From the IMG/VR virus record IMGVR_UViG_3300030104_004642, positions 32,001 through 96,000 of that record: a stretch of DNA of 64,000 nucleotides, one strand, 5' to 3'. The notes below the pieces were generated by a model. That model was not told the DNA's origin. It ran no database searches and was given only the letters and a program-made list of their open reading frames with translations. A program made the position numbers and the translations under genes. Source of the DNA: a virus. Positions 26,305-35,693 of the stretch are shown here, one piece after another (the first letter of the stretch is position 1; every line of letters begins with the position of its first letter).

Positions 26305-26859
26305 TCAGGAGACTTGAACTTGTTGGATGAATGCTTTGCCAGTGCTGGCATTTGTAATAACAGAAACTTTCAATGACCTTCTCAATTCAGCATATGGTGT
26401 GTTGAAGGTCTCAGAAACAGAAGAAGAGTTGTTATCAACAACAATCCTTGTACTGAAAAAACCACCAACATCAGAAGATGTATCAATGCTGGTAATTTCT
26501 TTATGAGTAAAATTATATGTTGATGCAGTTCCCTGCACAGTTAGTGAAACAAAGTCACCAACAGCAAAGGGACAACCTGTTCCTTCAGGAAAATCAAGAG
26601 TTGTGGTAGCACCCTTGGTCAAACCAACAACCCTTTGAGCAGCAACAGGTCCCATACTGATTTCTTCAGAACCACCAGAAGTGCCAACATAAATGTTAGA
26701 TGTGGTGGCAGTTGGATTACCTGCTACAGCAACATGACATCCAGCACCCTCAGCAACAACCCTTAGAGTATCAGACTGTTGATTAAATGCTGCTGATGAT
26801 GCAGCAGATGTACTAGTTGCTAGGACCTGCCCAGTTCCAACTGCTTTTAGTGCGCTCAT
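26305..26859 (-). CDS. Hypothetical virion-associated protein
   Basis: Ser/Thr/Gly-rich 184 aa in the head cluster; TAAATA at 26892-26897 upstream. Confidence 0.7.
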   Translation of the reverse strand: MSALKAVGTGQVLATSTSAASSAAFNQQSDTLRVVAEGAGCHVAVAGNPTATTSNIYVGTSGGSEEISMGPVAAQRVVGLTKGATTTLDFPEGTGCPFAVGDFVSLTVQGTASTYNFTHKEITSIDTSSDVGGFFSTRIVVDNNSSSVSETFNTPYAELRRSLKVSVITNASTGKAFIQQVQVS

Positions 26860-26894
26860 TTTCCTTGAATTACAATGTACCTGTTAATATGTAT

Positions 26895-27125
26895 TTAGAC
26901 CTGTTCTTCTTCTGGTTCAACTTCTGGTTCAACCTCAGATTCAACTTCCTGTTCAACATCCACCTCAGCAGATGCCTCAGTTTCATTATCAAAAATTGAT
27001 TGTGAAATGTGGGGTGTTACAGTAGAAACTTTTTCAGCTGTTTTAGCATATAGCAATTCCTTAATAGCATCACTAATTTGATTAGGTGATTCATCCTTCA
27101 CCAAAAGATCCATTAATTCGTCCAT
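26895..27125 (-). CDS. Small acidic prohead-core-like protein (gp67 position)
   Basis: Follows the portal gene; E-rich tail; TATAAATA at 27158-27165. Confidence 0.6.
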   Translation of the reverse strand: MDELMDLLVKDESPNQISDAIKELLYAKTAEKVSTVTPHISQSIFDNETEASAEVDVEQEVESEVEPEVEPEEEQV

Positions 27126-27160
27126 ATTGTATAGATATTGTATAGGTTACAATGTTTTAT

Positions 27161-28810
27161 TTATATTTCCCCACCCTTGGGTGTTTCAAATTTGGTCTCA
27201 TCAACCTCAGGTGCTTGGGGAGTAGCACCCAATAAACCACCTGTTGTATCACCAGGTGCAGGTGCGATTGGTTGTCCAGTAGCAGGATCAACATCCATCT
27301 GACTTGGATCAGGGATTACACCATCCTTGATTTCCTTCTCAATCAGTGCGTCCTGTTCCTCAATCTCAATATCAGTCTGTCTCAGAATCTTACGTCTTAC
27401 AAAATCATTAGAGTAATACTTACCAACATATGGTTCAGCAAGTGCTGCAAGATTGAGTCTTTCAGTGGTAAGTTCTGCCTCTTTGAGTTCAGCAAAGTGA
27501 TTATCATAGAGGAAGTCATACTGAATATGATCAGACATCTTCTCCCAATCTTCTGGGGTGCAGACATTTTTCAGAAGAAGTTGTGTTTTCAGAAGATCCT
27601 GGAACATATGAGAGAATCTCTTTCTCATTCTTCCAACAAACTTGGAGAACTTGATCTCATCCCTCAGGATCTCTGATGATCTGCCCAGTGAGAAACCACC
27701 CTCTCCCTGAATTCTTGTTTCAGGAACATTCAGGGATCTGTACAACTTCTGTTGAAAGTAGTTGATGTCAGTGATCTCTCCAAGATTCTGACCACCAGGA
27801 AGTGTGGTGATTTCAGTGCCCCTGCCACCCTCTCTTCTTGGCAACCAGAAGTCCTCCATCATGGACATATGCTTCTTATCATCCCTTATCTCACCAGTGT
27901 TGGAGTCATACACCAACTTGTTTCTATAACGCATCATCACATCACGCAGGTATTGCTCTGCTTTTACCTTGGGCAGGTTACCAACATCAATGTAGAAGAT
28001 TCTTCTTTCTGGTGCCCTTGAAAGTCTGTAGATAACAAGAGAGTCCTCAATCATCATCAACTGATTAAGAGGTTTGATTGCTTTGTGCATCCAAGAGAGT
28101 GTTGCTCCCTTGTTTCTATCCACCAGTCCTGAGGTGCAATAGCAGATTGAATCCCTAGTAAGTTTTACACCACCTGCCCTTTGCTGTGTGCCATATCCAG
28201 TCTGCTTACCTCCATCAGTATAGACAAAGTATTCTTCAATAGGTGGGAATTGGAATCCATCATCACCTTGTTTGATGTATATTCCATCACCTTTCTTTTT
28301 GACAATCTGTCTTACATAACGCATCTTAGATGCATCAATGTATCTCAGTTCTTGAATACCATCCTCTGGTTTCTTCTGATCAATGACCTTATTGTAGTAC
28401 AGTCTTCCATCAATATACCAATTCCTGAAAATCTCATGTGCCTTGGTGTCAAAATCAAGGAGATCAAGAATATATCTAAACTCTTCTCTAATTTTTTTCT
28501 TGATGCCATCACTAGCATTTAAATTTGATAGTTCAATCTCAACAGGTGAATCATTAGTATCAGAAACAATTGCTTCATTAACAATATCCTCAATAGCACT
28601 ATCACATTCAGGATACAATGACATGGACCTGTATCTTCTGATCAGATCATTCTCATTCTTATAGATTCCTTCAATATCTACATAAGAGCCAAAAAAACCA
28701 GAGCTAATATAGTTCTCTGACCCATCCTGATTATTGGGGGGTACAGGAGATACTAGCCCTGGTGGTTGCTTCTCAGAATCTTCAATTGAGAAACCAAATA
28801 ATCTTGCCAT
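27161..28810 (-). CDS. g20: Portal protein (gp20)
   Basis: WYIDGRL, RAPERRIFYIDVGNLP, EDFWLPRREGGRGTEI. Confidence 0.98.
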   Translation of the reverse strand: MARLFGFSIEDSEKQPPGLVSPVPPNNQDGSENYISSGFFGSYVDIEGIYKNENDLIRRYRSMSLYPECDSAIEDIVNEAIVSDTNDSPVEIELSNLNASDGIKKKIREEFRYILDLLDFDTKAHEIFRNWYIDGRLYYNKVIDQKKPEDGIQELRYIDASKMRYVRQIVKKKGDGIYIKQGDDGFQFPPIEEYFVYTDGGKQTGYGTQQRAGGVKLTRDSICYCTSGLVDRNKGATLSWMHKAIKPLNQLMMIEDSLVIYRLSRAPERRIFYIDVGNLPKVKAEQYLRDVMMRYRNKLVYDSNTGEIRDDKKHMSMMEDFWLPRREGGRGTEITTLPGGQNLGEITDINYFQQKLYRSLNVPETRIQGEGGFSLGRSSEILRDEIKFSKFVGRMRKRFSHMFQDLLKTQLLLKNVCTPEDWEKMSDHIQYDFLYDNHFAELKEAELTTERLNLAALAEPYVGKYYSNDFVRRKILRQTDIEIEEQDALIEKEIKDGVIPDPSQMDVDPATGQPIAPAPGDTTGGLLGATPQAPEVDETKFETPKGGEI

Positions 28811-28859
28811 TATTATATACTAGGAGTCTTGTGCTCCTAGTATTTATTAACTTAAAATA

Positions 28860-29504
28860 TCATGCCAATGTGGGAGTAGCATTTCCATCATCTCTTCCCT
28901 GCTCATTCTTACCAATTCTGAAGTCCTGTACCTGGAAGGTTACAGTGAATTCTTCAATGGTATCAGTGGAATCATAACTCAGGTCAATGGCAGAAACTTC
29001 TGTTGGGAAGATGCCACTGAATTTATATGATCTCAGGATAATCTGCTCTTTGTTATCAGCAGGGTGCTTATCACCATTTCTGTTCTTACCTCTACCCAGT
29101 TGACTTACATAAGCACTAGTCATGTAAGAACTGGGATTAGCAAGACCAGTGCCATGTGAAAGGTCACTGATGGTGTTCATCCAACCTTCAAAAGCAGATC
29201 TCAGGTTGAAATCCTCATCATTGATGATTGTAATGGTCCAAGGTTCAAATGTTCTGTCACCAGCAACTTTCAGGATTCTACCCCTGAAAGGAACTGGAAT
29301 TTCAGCAACAGTTGAAGCAGGAAGCTGAGCAGCCTTGCAAAGGAATCTCAGATCATTCCGTGTTTCTTTTGACCACAAAGTTCCTTTATCTGAGATACCT
29401 GCAGGAAATGATGGAATAGAAACCTCAAATAGGTTGGGGCGGGCGCCCCCACCTTTTAGTCTATTCTTAAAACCTTCAATGTTCTTTGTGTTAATCTTTG
29501 ACAT
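28860..29504 (-). CDS. g19: Tail tube protein (gp19)
   Basis: GGARPNLF, FRGRILKVAGDRTF..WT.T, IEEFTVTF. Confidence 0.96.
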   Translation of the reverse strand: MSKINTKNIEGFKNRLKGGGARPNLFEVSIPSFPAGISDKGTLWSKETRNDLRFLCKAAQLPASTVAEIPVPFRGRILKVAGDRTFEPWTITIINDEDFNLRSAFEGWMNTISDLSHGTGLANPSSYMTSAYVSQLGRGKNRNGDKHPADNKEQIILRSYKFSGIFPTEVSAIDLSYDSTDTIEEFTVTFQVQDFRIGKNEQGRDDGNATPTLA

Positions 29505-29541
29505 GTTTGTTTACCTCTTGGTGTTATTGCTAGAATTATGA

Positions 29542-31752
29542 TCAGGAACCAGTAACTTCAGAGAAGCTAATGCCACCTCTTGTAGCAACAAAGGTAAGAG
29601 TTACAAAGTTGATTGATCTTGCAGGTTGAATGAAGATGTCAGCTCTAAACTCATTATTATCAACAATATCAGGTGTGTTGTTAGTATCATCACAAATAAC
29701 TCTAAAGTCTTCAATACCTCTCTGTGCCTGAATATCAGTCAGGAAAGGTTCAACAATATTGATAAAGTTTGCTCTGGTTGCAGCATCATTGAGTTCAAAC
29801 AGTTGATCATTAGCAGCATCTTCAAGCGCTTGTTCAACAACAAGGAACAGTCTTCTGACATTGATTCTGTCAAAAGCAGACTTGTAACTGAGAGCAGTTT
29901 TATCACCAAACAGAATTGTGCCAGCAGCATTTTGATTTACAACTGGGTTAATTCTATTGCTATAAAGTTGATCTCTCTGTGCTTTGTTGGGGTTGTATGC
30001 CAACTTGACAACATTATTCAGTGTTCCTCTTGCCTGACCAGCAGGTGAGAACCAGGGCAGGAATACAGAATTGTTTCTTGCCATGATACCAGCAATGTCA
30101 CCATTCAGAGGAATAAATCTGAACTCATTGTTGAATCTGTCAAAGACATACTTATAACCACTATCAAATACAGCAAAGGATGATCCTGTAAGTTGTCCAT
30201 AATACTTCAGGACATTATTAGTAGCAGTAGTGGAGTTAGTTACATTAACCACATTTGCTCTATGGGGGGAGATAACTGCCTGACAATCCTTTCTTTGATC
30301 AGCAATAGAAATCAGAAGATTTGCTTTTGCTTGAGTAGAAAGTTCATCATTCATTGAACCACCCATAAGCAGGAAGTCCAGTGCTACCTCATCCTTATTA
30401 TCAAACAGGTTATATCCATTAAGGATGTCACCAAGGGCAGCTGCCATTCCACCAGTAGCAGAATAATCTTGACCACCAGTCAGTGAGTATGAGATATTAC
30501 CAATAAGGTTAAACTTGACATTCTGTGCATTTACACCCCATGCACCATCACCTGCTGTGACAGGAGCAAATCCAGAGGAGAAACCACCAGCAACAGCGTT
30601 TCTTCCATTAGGAACATCTGTGTTGTTACCAGCAGCAGCACCAGCAAAGATATACTGTGAGTTATTTGCCAAGAAGTTCTTATAGTAGTTCTTGACAGGT
30701 GCATTTCCATCCTCTTCAGAATCCTTTGCCTTAGAAAGGAAGAAGTTAGTTTCAAGGATGTTTCCATTGACTCCTGTTACAGCACCCTCATCATCAACAA
30801 CCACTACGTGATAGGCATCACCAGTAGCGTTTCTGGTTGAAGCATAGTTGTTGTCAACAGGCTTGGGAGCAAGAGTCTTCCAGAAGATTGTGCTGTTATC
30901 CAGTGCCAGTTTCTGTTGATCATACCAGTCAACAGATGATACTGTTGTGATTTGAGCACCAACACCAGTGCTACCACCAGTGTTAATACCAGCACTATTA
31001 ACTAAGAAGATACCCTTTGAAGCACCAATGGATTTGAGATCACTTGAACTCTCATAGGTGCAAGCATATTCAGTTCCTGCATCTGTTGTAGCAGCAGAAA
31101 CCTGAGAAATGATCCTAACATCAATTGTGCTCAGTGCATTGGAAGAGGAATCAGTTGAGACACCAGTGATTATTGCTTTCAGATGACCAGCAAATGCTGT
31201 TGTTGTACCAGCACCAGGGACTGCTCCACTGATTGCCATGGTAACACCATGACCAACAACTGCACCAAAGGCAGAAAGGTCAGTGGTGGTAATACCAATA
31301 GTTTGGTCTGCCTGGTTATCAATAGTACAGACTTTTAGTTTATTATTGATTTCTCCTGCCTCTCTTGAAGCAAAGAACCAATCAGAGGCACTGGAATGAT
31401 TTGCCTCATAATCATCATAATTTTTAATTTTAACATCTGTTGCTGCAATTGCTACACCAGCATTTGCATTCTTCAGGTTTGTACCATCAATTCTAACCAC
31501 CTGGAGTGATCCACCATAGGTGAGGAATTCAGATGCAACCATCCAATCCTCATATTGATTATCGTTGTCCTGAGGTCTACCAAAGATCTCAAGCAATTGA
31601 CTCTGATTTGTAATCAGAACAGATTCTTCAATTGGTCCACTTTTAAATGGTGCAGCAATAGCACCAATATTATCAAGAACATTATCAGGTCTACCAACTG
31701 TAAGGTCTACTTCCCTGACCAATACACCTGGAGATAATTGAGGAGTTGCCAT
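29542..31752 (-). CDS. g18: Tail sheath protein (gp18)
   Basis: LSPGVLVREVD, PWFSPAG, FDRINVRRLF, PARSINF. Confidence 0.97.
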   Translation of the reverse strand: MATPQLSPGVLVREVDLTVGRPDNVLDNIGAIAAPFKSGPIEESVLITNQSQLLEIFGRPQDNDNQYEDWMVASEFLTYGGSLQVVRIDGTNLKNANAGVAIAATDVKIKNYDDYEANHSSASDWFFASREAGEINNKLKVCTIDNQADQTIGITTTDLSAFGAVVGHGVTMAISGAVPGAGTTTAFAGHLKAIITGVSTDSSSNALSTIDVRIISQVSAATTDAGTEYACTYESSSDLKSIGASKGIFLVNSAGINTGGSTGVGAQITTVSSVDWYDQQKLALDNSTIFWKTLAPKPVDNNYASTRNATGDAYHVVVVDDEGAVTGVNGNILETNFFLSKAKDSEEDGNAPVKNYYKNFLANNSQYIFAGAAAGNNTDVPNGRNAVAGGFSSGFAPVTAGDGAWGVNAQNVKFNLIGNISYSLTGGQDYSATGGMAAALGDILNGYNLFDNKDEVALDFLLMGGSMNDELSTQAKANLLISIADQRKDCQAVISPHRANVVNVTNSTTATNNVLKYYGQLTGSSFAVFDSGYKYVFDRFNNEFRFIPLNGDIAGIMARNNSVFLPWFSPAGQARGTLNNVVKLAYNPNKAQRDQLYSNRINPVVNQNAAGTILFGDKTALSYKSAFDRINVRRLFLVVEQALEDAANDQLFELNDAATRANFINIVEPFLTDIQAQRGIEDFRVICDDTNNTPDIVDNNEFRADIFIQPARSINFVTLTFVATRGGISFSEVTGS

Positions 31753-31834
31753 TAAATTACTCTCCTTAAGTTCTCATTATTGACTGAAATTATTTAGATT
31801 TTTCGAGTGTTTCAGTGGGGAAATAGGAAGTGAA

Positions 31835-32065
31835 CTACCAATCTGGATACTGCCAATCAACAAATGGTGTCTTTTTCTTTCTTGACTCTATGATTCTATT
31901 AATAGTACATCCCTTACATTCATAAGAATAGGAGGACGCCACAGGTCCTCTATCTTTTCTTGTCCTGTAAAAACTATCTACTAAATTCATCTCCTTCTCA
32001 CAAACCCTACACACCCTTGTGTCAAGTAAGAGATGACCTAATTTTATCTGCTCGTCAAAATCCAT
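31835..32065 (-). CDS. Small zinc-ribbon protein
   Basis: CRVC...ECKGC; likely start MDFDEQ at 32065. Confidence 0.7.
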   Translation of the reverse strand: MDFDEQIKLGHLLLDTRVCRVCEKEMNLVDSFYRTRKDRGPVASSYSYECKGCTINRIIESRKKKTPFVDWQYPDW

Positions 32066-32297
32066 ACTCTGGTTCTTCTTCCAATACTGTATGACTAAAT
32101 TTTTCAACATCAAAATATGATGTACGATTCATCCTACCTTCCCTCTCATCCAGAACCTCATTAATGAGTATCTTCAACTCTTTAACAAGTTCAGGAGTTA
32201 TGACCCTTCTGGGGGTCACACTCATTGGATTAGTTCTACTTGCTTTCTTTGATTTTGTTCTGGAGATTCCCATCCCCTGTGTGTCAATCTTACTCAT
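32055..32297 (-). CDS. Hypothetical protein
   Basis: 80-aa ORF coupled to the purM stop. Confidence 0.65.
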   Translation of the reverse strand: MSKIDTQGMGISRTKSKKASRTNPMSVTPRRVITPELVKELKILINEVLDEREGRMNRTSYFDVEKFSHTVLEEEPEYGF

Positions 32298-33226
32298 TTA
32301 ATCTCTCCAATTACCCAAGATCTCATTCCAAAGGGTGGTTCAGATATCAAGGTTTGAGTATCTATGACAGTTTCTTGCGGAACAATAACGCAGAATCCAA
32401 TACCAAGATTAAATACCTTTCTCATCTCTTTCTCCTCAATATCACCTGCTTCCTCAATCTTGTTGAATAACTCTGGACGTGGCCAAGACCAATAATCAAC
32501 ATCAGCAGTCAAACCCTCAGGTAGACATCTGGGAAGATTTCCTGGAATACCACCACCAGTGATATGTGCCATACCTAAAATAGGAACCTCATCCAACAAT
32601 GATTGAATCAGTGGTGAATAGATTGTGGTTGGTTCTAGTAACTCTGGTATCTCCTTGTAGGTGATATAGTTTCTCCAGAGCATATCATTGATAAGAGAAT
32701 AACCATTGCTGTGAAGACCACTACTCTCAATGCCAATAATCTTATCACCAGGTCTGATATTAGATCCATTAACAATATCCCTTCTCTCAACTATCCCTGT
32801 GCAGAATCCACCAAGATCATATCCACTTGCAAACCTACCATGCTCAGCAGTTTCTCCTCCTAAGAGATCCATTTCTGCAATCTCACAACCCTTGATAATC
32901 CCAGAGATAATATCATCCACATTACTGTCTAGTTTTTTAGTGGATATGTAGTCAAGAAAATACAATGGTTTAGCACCACAGCAGATCACATCATTGACAC
33001 ACATAGCAACAAGATCCTGACCAATGGTGGTGTAATCAAAAGCAATTCTGCAGACATTGATTTTGGTTCCCACCCCATCAGCACCAGATACTAAAACAGG
33101 CTCCTCATATCCAGAGGGAACCTGAAACATACCATTAAATCCACCAATGGATGGAAGTTTTGTTTTGAGTCTATCCACAAAAGCATCACCTGCTTCTATG
33201 TCTACACCAGAAGATTTATAGTTCAT
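32294..33226 (-). CDS. purM: Phosphoribosylaminoimidazole (AIR) synthetase
   Basis: YKSSGVDIEAG, DGVGTK, DLVAMCVND, GGETAE, SSGLHSNGYSL, HITGGG, FNLGIG. Confidence 0.97.
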   Translation of the reverse strand: MNYKSSGVDIEAGDAFVDRLKTKLPSIGGFNGMFQVPSGYEEPVLVSGADGVGTKINVCRIAFDYTTIGQDLVAMCVNDVICCGAKPLYFLDYISTKKLDSNVDDIISGIIKGCEIAEMDLLGGETAEHGRFASGYDLGGFCTGIVERRDIVNGSNIRPGDKIIGIESSGLHSNGYSLINDMLWRNYITYKEIPELLEPTTIYSPLIQSLLDEVPILGMAHITGGGIPGNLPRCLPEGLTADVDYWSWPRPELFNKIEEAGDIEEKEMRKVFNLGIGFCVIVPQETVIDTQTLISEPPFGMRSWVIGEIK

Positions 33227-33491
33227 TGATGATACCCCTCCTTACAAGGTCAAGTCTTTCAAGTTTCCAAGCAATATAGTCAATGGTTGGAACACACTGT
33301 GTATTCCAACCAACAAATCCATGTGTTTCACCTGATGGCATTACCCAACAAGGAGCATCATTATTTTCAAGATTTAATGACTCCCTGTATGCTTCATCAC
33401 CCATCATTATCACTGCTATTTCAGCCTCATTCAAGACACTGAAACAACTAAAACAACCTTCTTTAATGATATCAGGGATTTTCTGTTTCAT
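33216..33491 (-). CDS. Hypothetical protein
   Basis: 91-aa ORF overlapping its neighbours. Confidence 0.65.
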   Translation of the reverse strand: MKQKIPDIIKEGCFSCFSVLNEAEIAVIMMGDEAYRESLNLENNDAPCWVMPSGETHGFVGWNTQCVPTIDYIAWKLERLDLVRRGIINEL

Positions 33492-34035
33492 ATTTCAAGA
33501 TACATTCTTTCAATGATTTAATAGTCATGCCAGGTGTTGCTCCTGCCCATAGTGCCTCCCTTTCAATCCTTACAATTGTTGGATCTTTGAGTCCATACAG
33601 GTATATTGCATTTTCTGTGTGTTCAGAGGGAACCACACCAGAATTCATATATATCCTTTCTAAACTTGTATTGTAAAGACCAGCCTTACAATCCTGAACC
33701 ACATGCCAACCCTCATGTCTGAGCACATCAATAAGTGCTTCATCATCATTATCAATGTGACCCATATTTAAATAAATCACATTAGCATCTGAATAATATA
33801 GACCACGATAGTTTTCCTTAAAGTAATAAGGGAATGCCTTATAAACTCCTATATGCAACTCTTCAAGATTAGTAAGGATATCCCTCACCTCACCCTCATA
33901 GTCCTCTGATTTTACCTCATAAACCTCGTAAACACAATCATTTCTTCTCATACATCCCCTACCATCATATTCAGATGACAATGCTGGTAATGTAATCAGT
34001 GATGCTGTTGCTAATAACGTAAGTAGTTTTTTCAT
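33472..34035 (-). CDS. Exported putative zinc metallopeptidase
   Basis: Signal peptide (..LPALS), LRHEGWHVVQDC and downstream EREA. Confidence 0.7.
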   Translation of the reverse strand: MKKLLTLLATASLITLPALSSEYDGRGCMRRNDCVYEVYEVKSEDYEGEVRDILTNLEELHIGVYKAFPYYFKENYRGLYYSDANVIYLNMGHIDNDDEALIDVLRHEGWHVVQDCKAGLYNTSLERIYMNSGVVPSEHTENAIYLYGLKDPTIVRIEREALWAGATPGMTIKSLKECILKYETENP

Positions 34036-35687
34036 CTAAAATTCCACATGTAGTCCATTCCTCCACCCTTATCACCATATTCATCAGTGAACCATCTGTC
34101 ACCATCATCATCTACAAATGTAGAATCTTCTAGTCCATCATTGATGAAACCAAATGGTGCCATATCCTGCTCAATCTGATTCTTTTGTTCATCATACAAT
34201 CTTTTTCTAACATCCTGATCAGTCAATTCCTTAAAGTAATCTTGTGCTACCAACCAGGCATAGATGACCAGACACATAGCAAGGTCATCATTACATCCTT
34301 CCTCTGCCTCAAAAGAATTGTGTTTAGATATAAAGGTGGTTAGTTCTGATATAATCTCATAATCATTGATAAAAAGTTTATCCTCTTCAATCAATGTCTT
34401 GAGGTTAAGGGAACCAACCTTCTTTACTGTCTTAGACATCTTCAATCCAAGTTGAGTTTTTTGTCCAGAGAATCCTTGTCCAACAGTTTGACCTGCTCTC
34501 CCCCTCATAGAGCACATTAGTAGGTTCTGATATTCTAAGTCATACTGTAGGATACTGGCAACCTGATCTCCAATATCATTTACCTCACATAACACAAAGG
34601 CTTCATTATATTTCCTTGCTAATTCCCAAATAATATTAGGGAATAGCATTGGTTTTATTGTGTTATTTCTATATTTTGCTACAACCTTATGAGGAAACTG
34701 TGTTATATCTGTGATGATAAAGGCAGAGTAATCATTACCCACTCCCCTTGCCACATCAACAGTCATCACATAATCATGTTTTCTCTTTGGAGGTTCATAT
34801 ACATCTAATCCAGCATTCCTTTGTATGGGGTTGTCATAAATTAGTGTTTTAAGTTTGCTTGGAGCAATCAGTGTATCAACAGATCCTAAGAACTCACACT
34901 CAAACTCAATCTTAAACTGCTGTTCAGAGGTGTTCTTGATTGTCTGTTTCTTCCACTTCTCATCCCTACCAGGAACCTCAGACCAGTGAACATCAGTTGG
35001 AATATAATCATTACTCCCATTCTCAGCATCATGCCACATCCTGTAAAAGTGGTTCATGCCATGGGGCGTTGATACTATAATGACTTTTGTTGATTTACCA
35101 GAAGTAATAGTAGGATAAACAGATGCAAAGAAGGCATCAGCGATGTGATTTGGAACGAACGCGAACTCATCAAGGAAGAGGATATTGAACGACATGCCTC
35201 TGACAGCACTTGCAGATGTAGAAGCTGCCAGTATCTTACTGCCATTCTCTAACTCCAATGATCCTTTGTTCCATGATAGAATACCCTGTTGCATCCATTT
35301 AGGCAAGTTCTCATATGCTACTTGCAACCTACTCAGAAGTTCTCTAGCAGTTGATGCTTTGTTAGCGAGGATGCCAATATTAACACTGTCATTAAAGACA
35401 ACATGGTGAAGAAGAAAAGAAATAACAGTCGTGCTTTTGCCAGTCTGTCTTGGCATCTTGCAGATGTTAAATCTATTCTTGTAAAAGTTTTTAATAAGTT
35501 TTTCTTGGAAGTCATAGGTCTTAAATGGTTGTAGACCATGATCAAGAGTCACGATTTTAACATGATTCTGTGCAAAGTAGACAGGATCATCCTTACACTT
35601 CAAATACTCTTCAATATTTTCCTGTGTAAACTCAATTGGGGTATTAGCCTTCTTGAGATTAGGATTACCAAGATAAATTTCACTCAT
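34032..35687 (-). CDS. g17: Terminase large subunit (gp17)
   Basis: YLGNPNLK, PRQTGKST, LFLDEFAF, VSTPHG, DVARG, DDLAM. Confidence 0.98.
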   Translation of the reverse strand: MSEIYLGNPNLKKANTPIEFTQENIEEYLKCKDDPVYFAQNHVKIVTLDHGLQPFKTYDFQEKLIKNFYKNRFNICKMPRQTGKSTTVISFLLHHVVFNDSVNIGILANKASTARELLSRLQVAYENLPKWMQQGILSWNKGSLELENGSKILAASTSASAVRGMSFNILFLDEFAFVPNHIADAFFASVYPTITSGKSTKVIIVSTPHGMNHFYRMWHDAENGSNDYIPTDVHWSEVPGRDEKWKKQTIKNTSEQQFKIEFECEFLGSVDTLIAPSKLKTLIYDNPIQRNAGLDVYEPPKRKHDYVMTVDVARGVGNDYSAFIITDITQFPHKVVAKYRNNTIKPMLFPNIIWELARKYNEAFVLCEVNDIGDQVASILQYDLEYQNLLMCSMRGRAGQTVGQGFSGQKTQLGLKMSKTVKKVGSLNLKTLIEEDKLFINDYEIISELTTFISKHNSFEAEEGCNDDLAMCLVIYAWLVAQDYFKELTDQDVRKRLYDEQKNQIEQDMAPFGFINDGLEDSTFVDDDGDRWFTDEYGDKGGGMDYMWNFR

Positions 35688-35693
35688 ATTTTT

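Noticed and set aside
2013-35687. Introns or inteins in g43, uvsX, uvsW, g17, g20 or g23
   Set aside because: All ORFs are continuous and of ordinary length, with no intein termini or homing-endonuclease motifs seen
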